DNA from: Callorhinchus milii
Taxonomy: Eukaryota
Assembly: GCF_018977255.1 (NCBI RefSeq)
Contig: NW_024704742.1
Coordinates: 87,856,001-87,920,000, forward strand
DNA: 64,000 nt
Direction: 5' to 3'
Position numbers and translations under genes: made by a program. The notes under the pieces are model-generated. The model was not told the origin of the DNA. It ran no database searches and saw only the letters and a program-made list of their open reading frames with translations. Numbering within the stretch: the stretch's first letter is position 1; each line of letters begins with the position of its first letter. Positions 14,184 through 25,503 of this stretch are shown piece after piece.

Positions 14184-14326
14184 CTGTAAGCATTGCCATC
14201 ACCCTCTTGTAGAAGTTTAATAATCTCAGGCACAATATGCCCAGGATCCCTGGGGCTTAGTAGATACAGCAGTACCTTCTTCCCATATTTATTGTTGATC
14301 AGGGAAGGCAAAGAACTGATGATCTC
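14184..14326 (-). CDS. PUM3: PUM3 exon 14: EIISSLPSLINNKYGKKVLLYLLSPRDPGHIVPEIIKLLQEGDGNAY
   Basis: tttacag acceptor, GTAAGG donor, 143 nt, phase 0->2. Confidence 0.96.
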
Positions 14327-14807
14327 CTGTAAACACAGGGAAACTTAGCGGTAAGGAAACTACAAAAAGGCTTTGGCGAATGGTGCCTGGAGGAGTGCTC
14401 TGCAGCATGAGCTACTACTTTCAGGGGTAGATCTCAAGATGAAAAAAGGAAATTAGATACCAATAAAAGATAGAGTTTACGCACAGGTTTAAGGTTGTTG
14501 CGCCCCAAAATAAACTGTAGCCAGTCACTTAATGTGCGAGTTAGTTCAGCAACTTACTTGGTTTCTTTTCTATCAAATGTTCTTTCCCCTTCCCCTTACC
14601 TTCTTTTCATGAGGGCAAAACCTATAGCTTAGGTATGGCTCGCAGTGTCAATCAAGTAGCGTCACGAGTGAGCCTGGACAGTGACTGTTGATTGGTAATT
14701 CAGCTACAGAAACCACCCTGTTCTGATCCAGTGTATGTTCATACACACATACACACACACACACAATACCCTTGACCTCCAATATTTCACAGGTCATAAC
14801 CCACACA

Positions 14808-15345
14808 ACAACAAATTACACTTGTATAGCACCCTTCACGCCAGAAAGACGTCCCAGGACGCTGGACAGCCAGGCGCTTTGGACCCGAGCTGGGAGTTGG
14901 GCTCGGAAAGGGTAGAGGCCAGGGGGATGGGGATGGGAGGGTGGCTGAAGGCACAGTCAAAGAGGAAGGTCTTTAGACGGGACTTGAAGAAGACAAGAGA
15001 GGGCGTGAGGTGAAAGGATTGCGGGATAAGAGTTCCAGAGTGTGGGGGCAGAGATGCTGAATCAATGGTAGGGTGGGACATGTGGGGGACTTGAAGCAGG
15101 CCAGTGTCCGCCAGGCGGAGGGAACAAACAGCCTGATATGGGGTTAGGAGGTCGGCGAGGTAGGACGGAACAAGACCGTGGAAGGCTTTGAAGGTGAGAA
15201 CAAAGGTTTTGAACTCAATTATCTGAGGGATGGAGAAGCTGGGCAAGAACAGTGAAGCCGGGCAAGAACAGGGGTGATTGGTTCGCGGAGCCTGGTGTGG
15301 GAAAGGACATGAGCTGCAGAGTTCTGAATAATCTGCAGTTTGTGG
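14808..15345 (-). mobile_element. L2 LINE 3' fragment
   Basis: ORF 14836..15402 contains IEFKTFVLTFKAFHGLVPSYLADLL...FKSRLKTFLFD. Confidence 0.85.
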
Positions 15346-16026
15346 AGGGAAGAGTTGTCCATATAGTAAATTTACACACAACACACTTATACACATACAC
15401 ACATACTTTTCAAAGTAACCTCTTTATGTCTGTATCGATTTTTTTAATTACTCAATCACTCTCAGTTCCCAAGGTGTCAAGTCCACCTTAGCTTGTCACG
15501 GTCTCGTCTCTGTATGAGACATCTGTGGGTTCAAGCTCCACACCAATATCTTGGCTAATACTCTGAGAGCACTGGAGGTCCTGTTTGGATTGGACATTAA
15601 TCCCAAGGCCCAGTTTGCTTGATTCAGGGTGAACATTTTGCATTCAGTAAATTGCACTTGTGTATACACTGGCTCAATAGCACTTAACAATGAGTGTCCT
15701 GGATACCAAGCAAGACGTGTGAGGAATTTAGAGGTAGCAAAAGGTGCACTCAAAGCGAGTATGGTCGTGAGCAAGTGTTTGAAAGCCAGGCAGCAAACAA
15801 AAGTAGTTTGAGAAATGATTTCCAGAGGCAAGGTCATGTTTTCCGTTTGCATTGTTGTTACTTAGACAATGACTCCACAGATCCACATAACTGTAACTCA
15901 CTGCATCCACATTTGCAAAATAAATAACATTCAGAGCTACAGTTCAGTGTTTTTTTTAAGGAGGCAACATCAACAGGACACAGTCCCAATTTTAGTTCAA
16001 CAACACAGAATTAGCTTGTTCCTTAC

Positions 16027-16107
16027 CGAGATTATGATCTGTTTTACAAGCTTTGTGTCATCTATACAGTCAAAGGCAGCAAGAAGAACCAAGTGGGAGA
16101 ATTCACC
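16027..16107 (-). CDS. PUM3: PUM3 exon 13: GEFSHLVLLAAFDCIDDTKLVKQIIIS
   Basis: tttacag acceptor, GTAAGG donor, 81 nt. Confidence 0.96.
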
Positions 16108-16511
16108 CTGTAAAAGAGATCATTTATCAGTTGCACGACTAAGTCAACCCTGCAGAATTCCACATTTATCATCTTCTGTGCCTGCCACATTGCAACACCA
16201 ACTATGTGGTGGAAAGGAGAAGGGGGGGGGGGGGGGAGGAGAGGGGGTGGGAGGGAAGAGGGAGAAATGAGGGACCTCCAGGGCTTTTGAAAAGAATTTA
16301 GTGTTAACCAGTAGTCAGTAACACATCTTTGAATTGGTTTATTATATTCTCCTCCTTTTACAAACATTTGAAACATAAACTAAATGAAGTTTGAAATTAA
16401 TTAATATTTATTAATATATCAATTAATACATGAGGAATTTATTACTTAATAAACCAATATAGGGTTAACTTGTTCAATTGTTCAGCAAGTAATAAGGATC
16501 ACGTGGCTTAC

Positions 16512-16565
16512 ACTGGCTGATTTCTCTACAAAAGTCTTCATCGTTTTCACAATCACTTTTCTGTC
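16512..16565 (-). CDS. PUM3: PUM3 exon 12: DRKVIVKTMKTFVEKSAS
   Basis: ttctag acceptor, GTAAGC donor, 54 nt. Confidence 0.95.
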
Positions 16566-17617
16566 CTAGAAAGAAAGCAGATCGTTAAAGAACTGTAATT
16601 CTGCTCAACTGAGACTGGTTAAACACACATCGATACAATGCAATTAATAAATAAATAACCCTTGCATTTGACATAGTGCCTTATCACGTTGTCGAGATAT
16701 CTCAGTGCTTCACAGAATATATTGCTAAGTGGATTGACTGTATAAATTTGTTTTGCCCACAAAATATAAAGTACCTCTTTTACACCGGGATCACATCTCG
16801 CTGACTCTACACTGCTAGCTGTGCACCCACATCAAACAGAATTAGCCGGTTTCTTAAACAAAATGTGAGACACTGTTGTATACAAATAGGCTTCTGAGTT
16901 TGCTTATAATTATACAGTCTCTATCACAATAAATCCTGTGAAGCTCTTTGAGATGGCCTCCCAATATGAAGGATCCTATATCAAATGTAAGGATTATTAT
17001 ATTTTTCTTTTTCAAATATTTATCTAATTCCCTTTTAAAAGCTATTACGTATCCTGCTTCAACCATGGATTTAAGTGGGATATTCCAAGTCCTAACACCT
17101 CTGAACTTAAAACAAACCCTAACGTGTTTTGTAATGATCTTAACTTAATGCCCTCTAGTTACTGACCCACAATCACTGGAAATAGAATAGTTGTTACTTA
17201 TTCACCTTAACTAAACCTCTCATCGTTTGAAACACCTCTACCAGGTCTCCTCTCAACCTTCTTTGTTTCCGTGAAAACAGCCCCAGTTTCTCTCGTCTTT
17301 ACCATCAATCAATGGGAACATCCAGATCCTTTCACAGGACATTCCACGTTCTAATGAACAAGGCTAATAAAATGTTTCAGGGACAAAAGGAGATGAATGT
17401 CACCAGGGAGAAATCTGGATATCTGCCAGTTGATTCAGATATTGCAGTTACTATATAAAAAAATTATAAGGAAAGCACAATCTTATTGGTTTATGCACTG
17501 GACACCAAAGTAGAGCAGCTACTTTGCCTGACTTCCACTCCATCTCTGTAAAGCCCTTTGAGCCACTCGCCTAAGTGACAAGTGCTGCAAAAGTGCAAAT
17601 CGCTGTTAACGACTTAC

Positions 17618-17716
17618 TTTAGTGGTGCCGTGCCATAAGCAATGCATGGCAACTCTGGCTCCATCGTGTGTGTGTGCCAGGTAGATGACTGCTTCCCTCA
17701 CTGCTTCAATCATTTC
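17618..17716 (-). CDS. PUM3: PUM3 exon 11: EMIEAVREAVIYLAHTHDGARVAMHCLWHGTTK
   Basis: ttcag acceptor, GTAAGT donor, 99 nt. Confidence 0.96.
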
Positions 17717-19017
17717 CTGAATTCAAAATATAAAAGAGTTTTCAAAAGTATATAGAACATAAACAGTAATAACACAGTGGGGAACCACCATTAATCTACT
17801 GGTATACTAGCACAGTACTAGGTATAAACAAAAAGATCTTCACAGTGTGTATCATAAAATAATACGTGCATTATAGAATTATAGAACAGCCACGGATCAA
17901 ATGGTTATGAACTGCTCAAACTTTATTATCAGCATTTATCAAGTCATCAAAGACTCAATAACATCAACACCTTCCCAGCTACTTAATATTCTTCAATGCG
18001 GCCCTATATAAATTAGAAACATACCACTTGCAAGTGATGTATTACCAGTGCACAATAATAAACTTGCAGCATTGGTGTCAACACATCAATTCTCCAGTGT
18101 GAATGTCAACATGCAACAAAGAGCACACTAGTTGCTAGTCTCTCCAAATACAATCAAAACTGTATAATATCACCATAGCAGTTCATATTGTGAAGGTGCT
18201 TTACAAATGTAGTTTTGTATCATATATTAAAAGTGTAGGATAACAAAGAATAACGCCAAGAGAAATAATCAACTTCAGAGCTCAGATTGGGTTTGTAAAC
18301 CACTCAAGATTTGGGTTATCTTTAAAAAGGATAAATGGGATTGCTCTTAAACTTATAACTAAAACAGCTATCTTTCATTAAATAAGAACATATTGTGAAA
18401 AGATTTGCAATGATTAGTGGAAGCTAAGTCCCACTGAGATCACCAGATCACAATCAATTCTGGGCGTGCAATATTCTCTTATAATAGCTGCATCAGCATT
18501 TTTGCAACAAATCGAAAAACAGAAGAGTAGAGCAGGTCAAAACAGCTCCGTATACCAGACCGACACTTTCTTTCCATAAATGTTTACGCGACGTACACAA
18601 ACAGAGACACACAGACAAGCACATACACACACACACAATCACAACAGCAGGTACTCCCGAGTGAAGCCCATTTGCCGCTTGCGCCATGCATGTGCGTCTG
18701 GAGCCGCTCCGCCCACAGCGATGACAGTTAAACAGCGAGAAGCCAGAAACTACAATTGTAACAGGTTTGTAGCGGAGGAGTGTGTTTGAAGTGGAAGAGG
18801 GCGTTTGTAGCAGATTCCGCAGCAGAGGTGCAGCTGCACTTTTGCTGTTGGCTCAGTTTATAAACAACAATTAGACAAGCAAGGGCTCTTGAAGGATGTC
18901 TCAGAGAAGATCTTATAAAGGTATATCAGATTTTAAATGGGGTTAAAAATGTAAATTCAAAACAATACGTTTGGATTCACTGAGGCAGCAGAACAGGAGG
19001 ACACAGGTTTAGTGTTG

Positions 19018-19344
19018 TAATAATAATAATAATAATCCTTGCATTTGATATAGCGCTTTTCACGTCGGGAGGACGTCCCAAAGCGCTTCACAGAACACAC
19101 TGTAAAGTGAATTGACTGTATATTTGTGGGCGAACGTGGCAGCCAATTGCGCACAGCAATGTCCCACAAACAGTCGTAGATTGAAAATGACCAATTTATT
19201 ATTGGTTTTGGTTTTGGAGGGATTATTATTAGGCTCTGTGTGGAGTAAGGAAACTTGCCCAAGGTTTCGCCCTCTGCCTGGAATTGAACTCGGGTCTCTC
19301 GCTTGCAAAGCGAGTGCTCTAACCACTGAGCTACAGGACTCCAC
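19018..19344 (-). mobile_element. Young tRNA-derived SINE (short subfamily), inserted into a CR1 fragment
   Basis: Same structure as the 4705 copy. Confidence 0.9.
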
Positions 19345-20166
19345 AAAGTTGTAAAGGGCAAGTTAAGGACAGACACCAACAGGTATTTATTTACCAAGAC
19401 AGCAATTAATAACTGGAACAGATTACCAGGAAGGGTTTTAAGGTCAGGCCAGAACACTGGATTTATTTAAAATACAGCCTAATGCTGTAATGGGAAGATG
19501 GTTGGGTGTGTATCCTGCACGAATGAGATCAAATGAGCCAAAGGGCGTTTCCTCATCCAAACTGATCTTGTGAAACCGGGAAAGTGCCACGTGATGGCTT
19601 ACAGGCAGTGATTAATACCAGTATACTTAAGCTTAGCTAAGTCACCTTCTCCACAGTGTAGGTTTAAATTGATGGGCTTATTGTTCCCTGATAAAACAAT
19701 GGTGGAAGCTAGGACTATTAGAATTGATTGGCAGGGACAAGGTTCAATTCCTACAGGACCCACTTACTATGTACTGAAACAGACCAATTAATACCACTGC
19801 CCGAGGTGCATTCAAGCTGAACAGGTTCTTTGGTTACTGGCATTCACTGAAGAATTTCAAAAAAAACACATATTACACAATTGCCTCTGTACAAAATCAG
19901 AGGAGTTGCAAAATATAAAAAAAATGAAGAACAAAATTGCTGGTTGAGTGGAACTTTCTCTGTAAACTGGTTAGAAAAAAAGAGTTGTTCAGAAATGTTC
20001 TCTACAGAAATGCATATCGGGGTCAGTTTAGAGGTACATTTGATATTTATCACTCCAAATTTTACCCAAATATGCAGGATGTGCCTCTAAACTGATCCCT
20101 TTGTGAACTTTAAGACGATTAAATGGAGTCATGCTGAACAGTTTGAAAAGAAAAACAATCATTTAC

Positions 20167-20245
20167 CGATCTCAGCTTTGCAGGACAGTGCCTGAAGAAG
20201 TCCAGAAATACTTTGTGAACCAATGAGTGTTTTATCACAGCTTCT
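20167..20245 (-). CDS. PUM3: PUM3 exon 10: (K)EAVIKHSLVHKVFLDFFRHCPAKLRS
   Basis: gacag acceptor, GTAAAT donor, 79 nt, phase 2->0. Confidence 0.95.
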
Positions 20246-20382
20246 CTGTCAGGAGCAGAAAGAGATCACTTAAGCAGGCTTAAAACACTAGAAATTTTAT
20301 TTAAAAGCACTTTGTGCGTAACGTTTCATTTATATACTAATGACCGTTGCCTCTCCCCTATGGCCACCGAGACTCATCTAGG

Positions 20383-20930
20383 CCCAATTACGCATCTAGG
20401 CCCAATTACGCTAACTCCCTGCTTGTCGGCCTTACTATCTCTTCCCTTTACAAGCTGCAAATCATTCAGAGCTCTGCAGCTCATATCCTCTCCCACACTA
20501 GGCTCCGTGACCCTTTCATCCACACACTCGCCTGGCTTCACTGGCTCCCCATCCCCCAGAGGATAGAGTTCAAAATCATCGTCATTGCCTTCACAGCCTT
20601 ACTCCTTCCTACCTCTGTGACCTGTTAACTGCATAGTGCCCTATCTACTCCCTCTGCTCAGCAGGCTCCGGCCTGCTCCATATTCCCGTCCTGCTTGCCC
20701 CACCATCGGCTTTTCAGCCTCTCTGCCCCCACCCTTCGGAACTCCACCTCCCAGTCTCTTCGCTTCATTCCCTCCCTTGCCTCCTTCAAAGCTGTCTCAA
20801 GACCCTCCTCTTCAACCACGCCATCAGTCACCCTCATACCTCCCTGCCCTCAACCCGTTCTGATCCCAGCTTGGGTGCAAATCCTTGAATGTCCTGCACA
20901 TTGGGATGTCTTCCTGACGTGAAGGCACTA
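20383..20930 (+). mobile_element. L2 LINE 3' fragment
   Basis: LDYANSLL-like...LQIIQSSAAHILS...LHWLPIPQRIEFKI in frameshifted ORFs. Confidence 0.85.
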
Positions 20931-20944
20931 CACATTCTGCTTAC

Positions 20945-21048
20945 TTCTGCGCCATGGGAGCGAGAATCTGTTTCATTTCCTCCAGTATGCCTTCTCGCCA
21001 ATCAGGATTAGACTCGAGAACCTGGTCTAATGTTGGACAAGCTGCAGA
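20945..21048 (-). CDS. PUM3: PUM3 exon 9: SAACPTLDQVLESNPDWREGILEEMKQILAPMAQ
   Basis: ttttgtcag acceptor, GTAAGC donor, 104 nt, phase 0->2. Confidence 0.94.
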
Positions 21049-22424
21049 CTGACAAAAAAAAGCAGATTGTTTTTAAGTATTTTACATTTCACTCCATATG
21101 GGGTCAAAAAAGTAAAAGAAAAAGCGGTTAATCAGAGCTTTCCCTTCCTGTGAGGAATCACCTGGTCTCCAGTCAGAGCCTCTGTAACAGGCCAGGTCAA
21201 CTGAAATCAGCAGGAACAGGCTCAATGGGCTGAATGGTCTCTCCTGCTCCTGTATTCCCAATGTTCCCAGCAAACACAAAGAGAATGGAGACAAACCTAC
21301 ATTCATTCTACTACTCCACACACTGGTGCTCCAGTGCACTGCACCATGTCTGAATACTTTGTGAGTACATCTCAAAATACTTCACAGAATACAAAGTGTA
21401 GTGACTGTATTTGTAGCCCAACGCGACAGCCCATTTGCAACAACAATGTCCCACAAAAACCCAAAGAAGTGGATGACCAATGTTATATGTTGGGTCTAGG
21501 ATACCACATGAAACTAATCAAGTTAACTTGTTACTGCTTGTGCAGTCTGCACTACAATATCTCTTTGACCAGAATTTCAGTCATCATTCCCCTACCCATC
21601 CCCTTTCGCTTCTATTCCCAGCTCAGGTGCCCAGCCAGGATTGCTAAGCACCTTGGGACTTCCCCCCCCCATGCGAAAGGCGACATATGAATGTTAATTA
21701 ACATGCAATGTACAACTATAAAATCAGGCAGTGTACGCCTGATAAAAAAAAGTTAATGTTTACATGAACGGGCAGACCAGACCTCGGTTTAATGATAAGT
21801 TAAACCGCTCAGGCGGACCTTAAACATCCCATGGCACTATTCGAAAAGCGAAGGGAGTTTCTCCATGTGTCCTGACCAAGTAAAATTGGTCACTCATTTC
21901 ATAGCTGTTTGTGGGACTTTGCTGTGCGTATTTGTGCTGCCGCATTTGCCTAAAGTACAGCCTCTCTATTTCACAGTAAATCCTGTAAAGGTTTTTGAGA
22001 CATCCTTCCAAAGTGATAAAGCACTTTACCAAATGCAAGGATTATTATAACTTAAAAATAGCTGCAGAGATTAACCAACAAATCAGTTCTGAATAGTCCT
22101 CAATTAAAAATTGATAAATCCCCAAAAATCACATTGTATACCAGGAAGTTTTTCTTCACACTGAGTGCAATTAACAACTGAAATGAGTTACCATGAAGGG
22201 CGGTTGAAGCCAAGACACTGGACTCATTCAAGAAGCAACTTGTATGCTGTGATGTGAGGACAGCATGGTGGGTATTCTAGAAGGATGAGATCAAGTGGGC
22301 TGTAGAGCCATTTCATCCAGCCAAACAAATCTCGAGATACAGTGCAATAGAATGGCTCAGGAATGAGCAGTGCAAACAACTGCATCAGTGGTAAACAGCC
22401 AAAGAAAGAAGATTAACAACTTAC

Positions 22425-22599
22425 CTTGCAAATCATAAACTTGGTGCCGTATAGCTCTTCTGTTAACAGGTTCCTCTGCTCTAACACTGCTTTGTCGTTG
22501 TATGCAAACTCAACGATCGACGAGGCTTCCGAATGGCGCAACATCTTTTTTACTTCACCTTTAAAACTTTTAATTATTTCTGCCACTTGCTGCTTATTT
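22425..22599 (-). CDS. PUM3: PUM3 exon 8: (G)NKQQVAEIIKSFKGEVKKMLRHSEASSIVEFAYNDKAVLEQRNLLTEELYGTKFMICK
   Basis: Within ORF 22413..22694; ttgctag acceptor, GTAAGT donor, 175 nt. Confidence 0.96.
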
Positions 22600-22834
22600 C
22601 TAGCAAAAAAAGAAAAACATGAAAACTTAAAGTAGTCCGTTTTAAAAAAAGCCAGGAAAAAACATGCCGACATCTGTTTTTCCCCTTTGAACACTCAGAT
22701 TGTGATAAGTGAATATCTGTTTAGCAAGCGAATGTGTAAGTGAATAAGCAACACGTTGGCAGAGAATCCTCAATTCCGTATCGTAATGGACTCTCATTGT
22801 CTTCCAACTTGCCAGTTGTCAATGTTTGACTTAC

Positions 22835-22901
22835 CCATACATGAGGAATTTTTTCACGATATGCCTGCCGTATTTGGACTTACTCAGCTCAATCAAGTGT
22901 T
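22835..22901 (-). CDS. PUM3: PUM3 exon 7: (E)HLIELSKSKYGRHIVKKFLMY
   Basis: tttccag acceptor, GTAAGT donor, 67 nt, phase 1->2. Confidence 0.95.
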
Positions 22902-23057
22902 CTGGAAACAAAGCACAGAATTAGTACCAAGTGAGACACAGCCGGCCACCAAACCTTTTCATAGTGTAACGATGGTCGCACAAACAATTCAAAAATAACA
23001 ACTTGAACTTATATAGTGCCCTCCACGCAGGGTACCATTTGAGAGTGCTTGAAATAC

Positions 23058-23151
23058 CTTTCAGTTCCTCAAACACTTCTTTCCTTTGCTCTTCTTCTCC
23101 AAATTGGATGTAACACTGAATGACTCGGGTAGAATCGTGCGCAAAGGCAAC
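23058..23151 (-). CDS. PUM3: PUM3 exon 6: VAFAHDSTRVIQCYIQFGEEEQRKEVFEELK
   Basis: ttttcag acceptor, GTATTT donor, 94 nt, phase 0->1. Confidence 0.96.
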
Positions 23152-23261
23152 CTGAAAATACATAAGGATTTGCACATCAGGACCACGGCCGAAACCCCTT
23201 AAGGCATAGAAGCAATGCTATACGATATTACATTAATGTGGCACATCAAAAGCACGTCCCA

Positions 23262-23680
23262 ACAACAACAACAATTAGGATTTATATAGCGCCCTCCACG
23301 CCGGACGGCGTCTCAGAGCGCTTCACAGTAACGGATCCCGGGGCCGAGTCGGGGGGGGGGGGGAGGAAGGTGACCAAAGGCGCATTCAAAAAGAAAGGTC
23401 TTCAGCTGAGAATTGAAAATAGGAAGAGAGGGGGCGAAGCAAAGGGAATGAGGAAGGGAGTTCCAGAGATTCGGGGCGTAGTGGCTGAAGGCACAGCCAC
23501 CGAGGGTGGAGCGGAGGATTCGGGGGACAAGGAGGAGGCCAGACCCGGTGGAGCGAATAGTCCAACCGAGAGGTGACAAAGGCATGGACCAAGGTTTCAG
23601 CGGCTTTTGGAGTGAGGTATTGGCGGAGACGGGCGATGCGTCGGAGGTGGAAGAAAGTGGCACTGGTGAGGGACTGGTGA
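23262..23680 (-). mobile_element. L2 LINE 3' fragment (internally deleted)
   Basis: VHAFVTSRLDY joined to GGCAFSHYAPNLWNSLP...LKTFLFE. Confidence 0.85.
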
Positions 23681-24377
23681 AGTACTGACTCACATCGGAA
23701 AGGAAACGTGGTACTTTACTCTGAAGGAAATTTGTGCTGTGAGAGCAGCGAGATACTACCAAAGTGAAGTACACTTGCTCAGGTAGACTGAGATTTTTTT
23801 ACGTTAAGTTGGGAGCTGGCACTGAACGGTTTGACACGGCTCTGCCAGAATCATCAGCCACCTGGAACAGACCTGGACTGGGCAGGCAACTAGGTCCCAG
23901 ACACCAAATGTGGCTGCCTGTTCAAAGCTGCTTTTGTAATAGCACAAGTGACAATATCTATAAACAACAAATTACATTAGTATAGCGCCTTTCAAGTCAG
24001 GAGGTCACCCCAAAGTGCTGGACAGTCAAGGATTTGGACCCGAGCAGGAGATTGGGAGGGTAGGGGTAGGAAGGTGACTGAAGACACGATCGAAGTGGAG
24101 GCCCTTGAAGGAGGGAAGCGAGGGGCCAAGGCAATGGGACTGTGGGCGAGATGAAGTAACTGTGGATGGAGTTCCAAAGGGTGGGGGCAGAGAGGCTGAA
24201 GGTTAGACTGCTGATGGTGGGGCAGACATGGAGCAGATCGGAGACTGCTAAGCTGAGGGAGCGGATAGGTCAGTATGAAAAGCAGAAGATGCTTTGAATA
24301 TTATTTCAGGTAAGTTTTTTTAAAAGTTTAAAGCAATCCGCTTCCTCTTCCAAAAAATCCCTTTAATTAATTGATTA

Positions 24378-24880
24378 AGTAGGAAGAGAGGGAGCGAGGC
24401 GAAGGGAGTGAGGAAGGGAATTCCAGAGCCTCGGGGCATAGTGGCTGAAGGCACGGCTGCCGAGGGTGGAGCGGAGGACTCGGGAGACAAGGAGGCCAGA
24501 CCCAGAGGAACGAAGGCAACAGGCACTGTCCCTCCACTCCTCCGCAACCCCCTACCTCTCTGACCTCCTCTTGCCTCAAAACAGTGCCCGTTGTCTTCGT
24601 TCCTCCTGGTCTGGCCTCCTCCTCATCCCCCAAGTCCTCCGCTCCACCCTCGGCGCTCGTACCTTCAGCCACTATACCCCGAGGCTCTGGAACTGCCTTC
24701 CTCACTCTCTTCGCCTCGCCCCTCTCTTCCTACTTTCAGGTCTCTGCTGAAAACCTTTCTTTTCGACCGTGCCTTTGATCACCTTCCTCCCCCTCGCTCG
24801 GCCCCGGGATCCATTACTGTGGAGCGCTCTGAGACGCCATCCAGCATGGAGGGTGCTATATAAATCCATGTTGTTGTTGT
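24378..24880. mobile_element. Two L2 3' fragments in inverted orientation
   Basis: 24378-24530 (-) and 24540-24880 (+). Confidence 0.85.
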
Positions 24881-25427
24881 AAATTCAACAGATTTTATTT
24901 GGGGTTTTGGCTGTATTGATCTTAGGAACAACCAACCCACCAAAGGGATTCCTGAAAATCCTCCTTCCACTATGCAAATTGGCTACTGAGTTTGTCAAGA
25001 AATATAGAGTCACTACACTCATCAGAAATTCCCTGTGTCATGTGTTCAGATGTTTTGATGTTATAGGTGCTCCTTGAAATGCAAGCATTATTATATTGTT
25101 TCTCCAAACCAGAAAAGTAAATTGGATTTACATAGTCAGGTGGGATCTTAAATGTCCTATATTAGATATTGGAGCCAAGCACTCAAACACTCAGTGATGG
25201 CTAACTGGGTACTCGACTAATTCAAGGTTGTTGTTTTGCAACTCCCCCCTCCAATATTTTTAGAGTCTGGGAACAAAATACACATGGATCACAAATGCCA
25301 AATGATGCACTGTGAATTCTTTATAAAGAACTACAGATTAACACAATATGGACTATATCAAAAATCTGCACACCATTTAACGAACCTCTGTTGAAAATGT
25401 CATGTAAGAGGGAAGAACGTCACTTAC

Positions 25428-25503
25428 ATCTTTAATTTTCCCATGGAGGAGCTTCTGCAATTCTTTCATCAGTTCTGCTCGCTTTTCTTTAGTACAGTCT
25501 TTC
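25428..25503 (-). CDS. PUM3: PUM3 exon 5: (R)KDCTKEKRAELMKELQKLLHGKIKD
   Basis: tttctag acceptor, GTAAGT donor, 76 nt, phase 2->0. Confidence 0.95.

Noticed and set aside
20385..20420. 18-bp tandem duplication CATCTAGGCCCAATTACG
   Set aside because: Local slippage within a dead L2 fragment; no functional indication.
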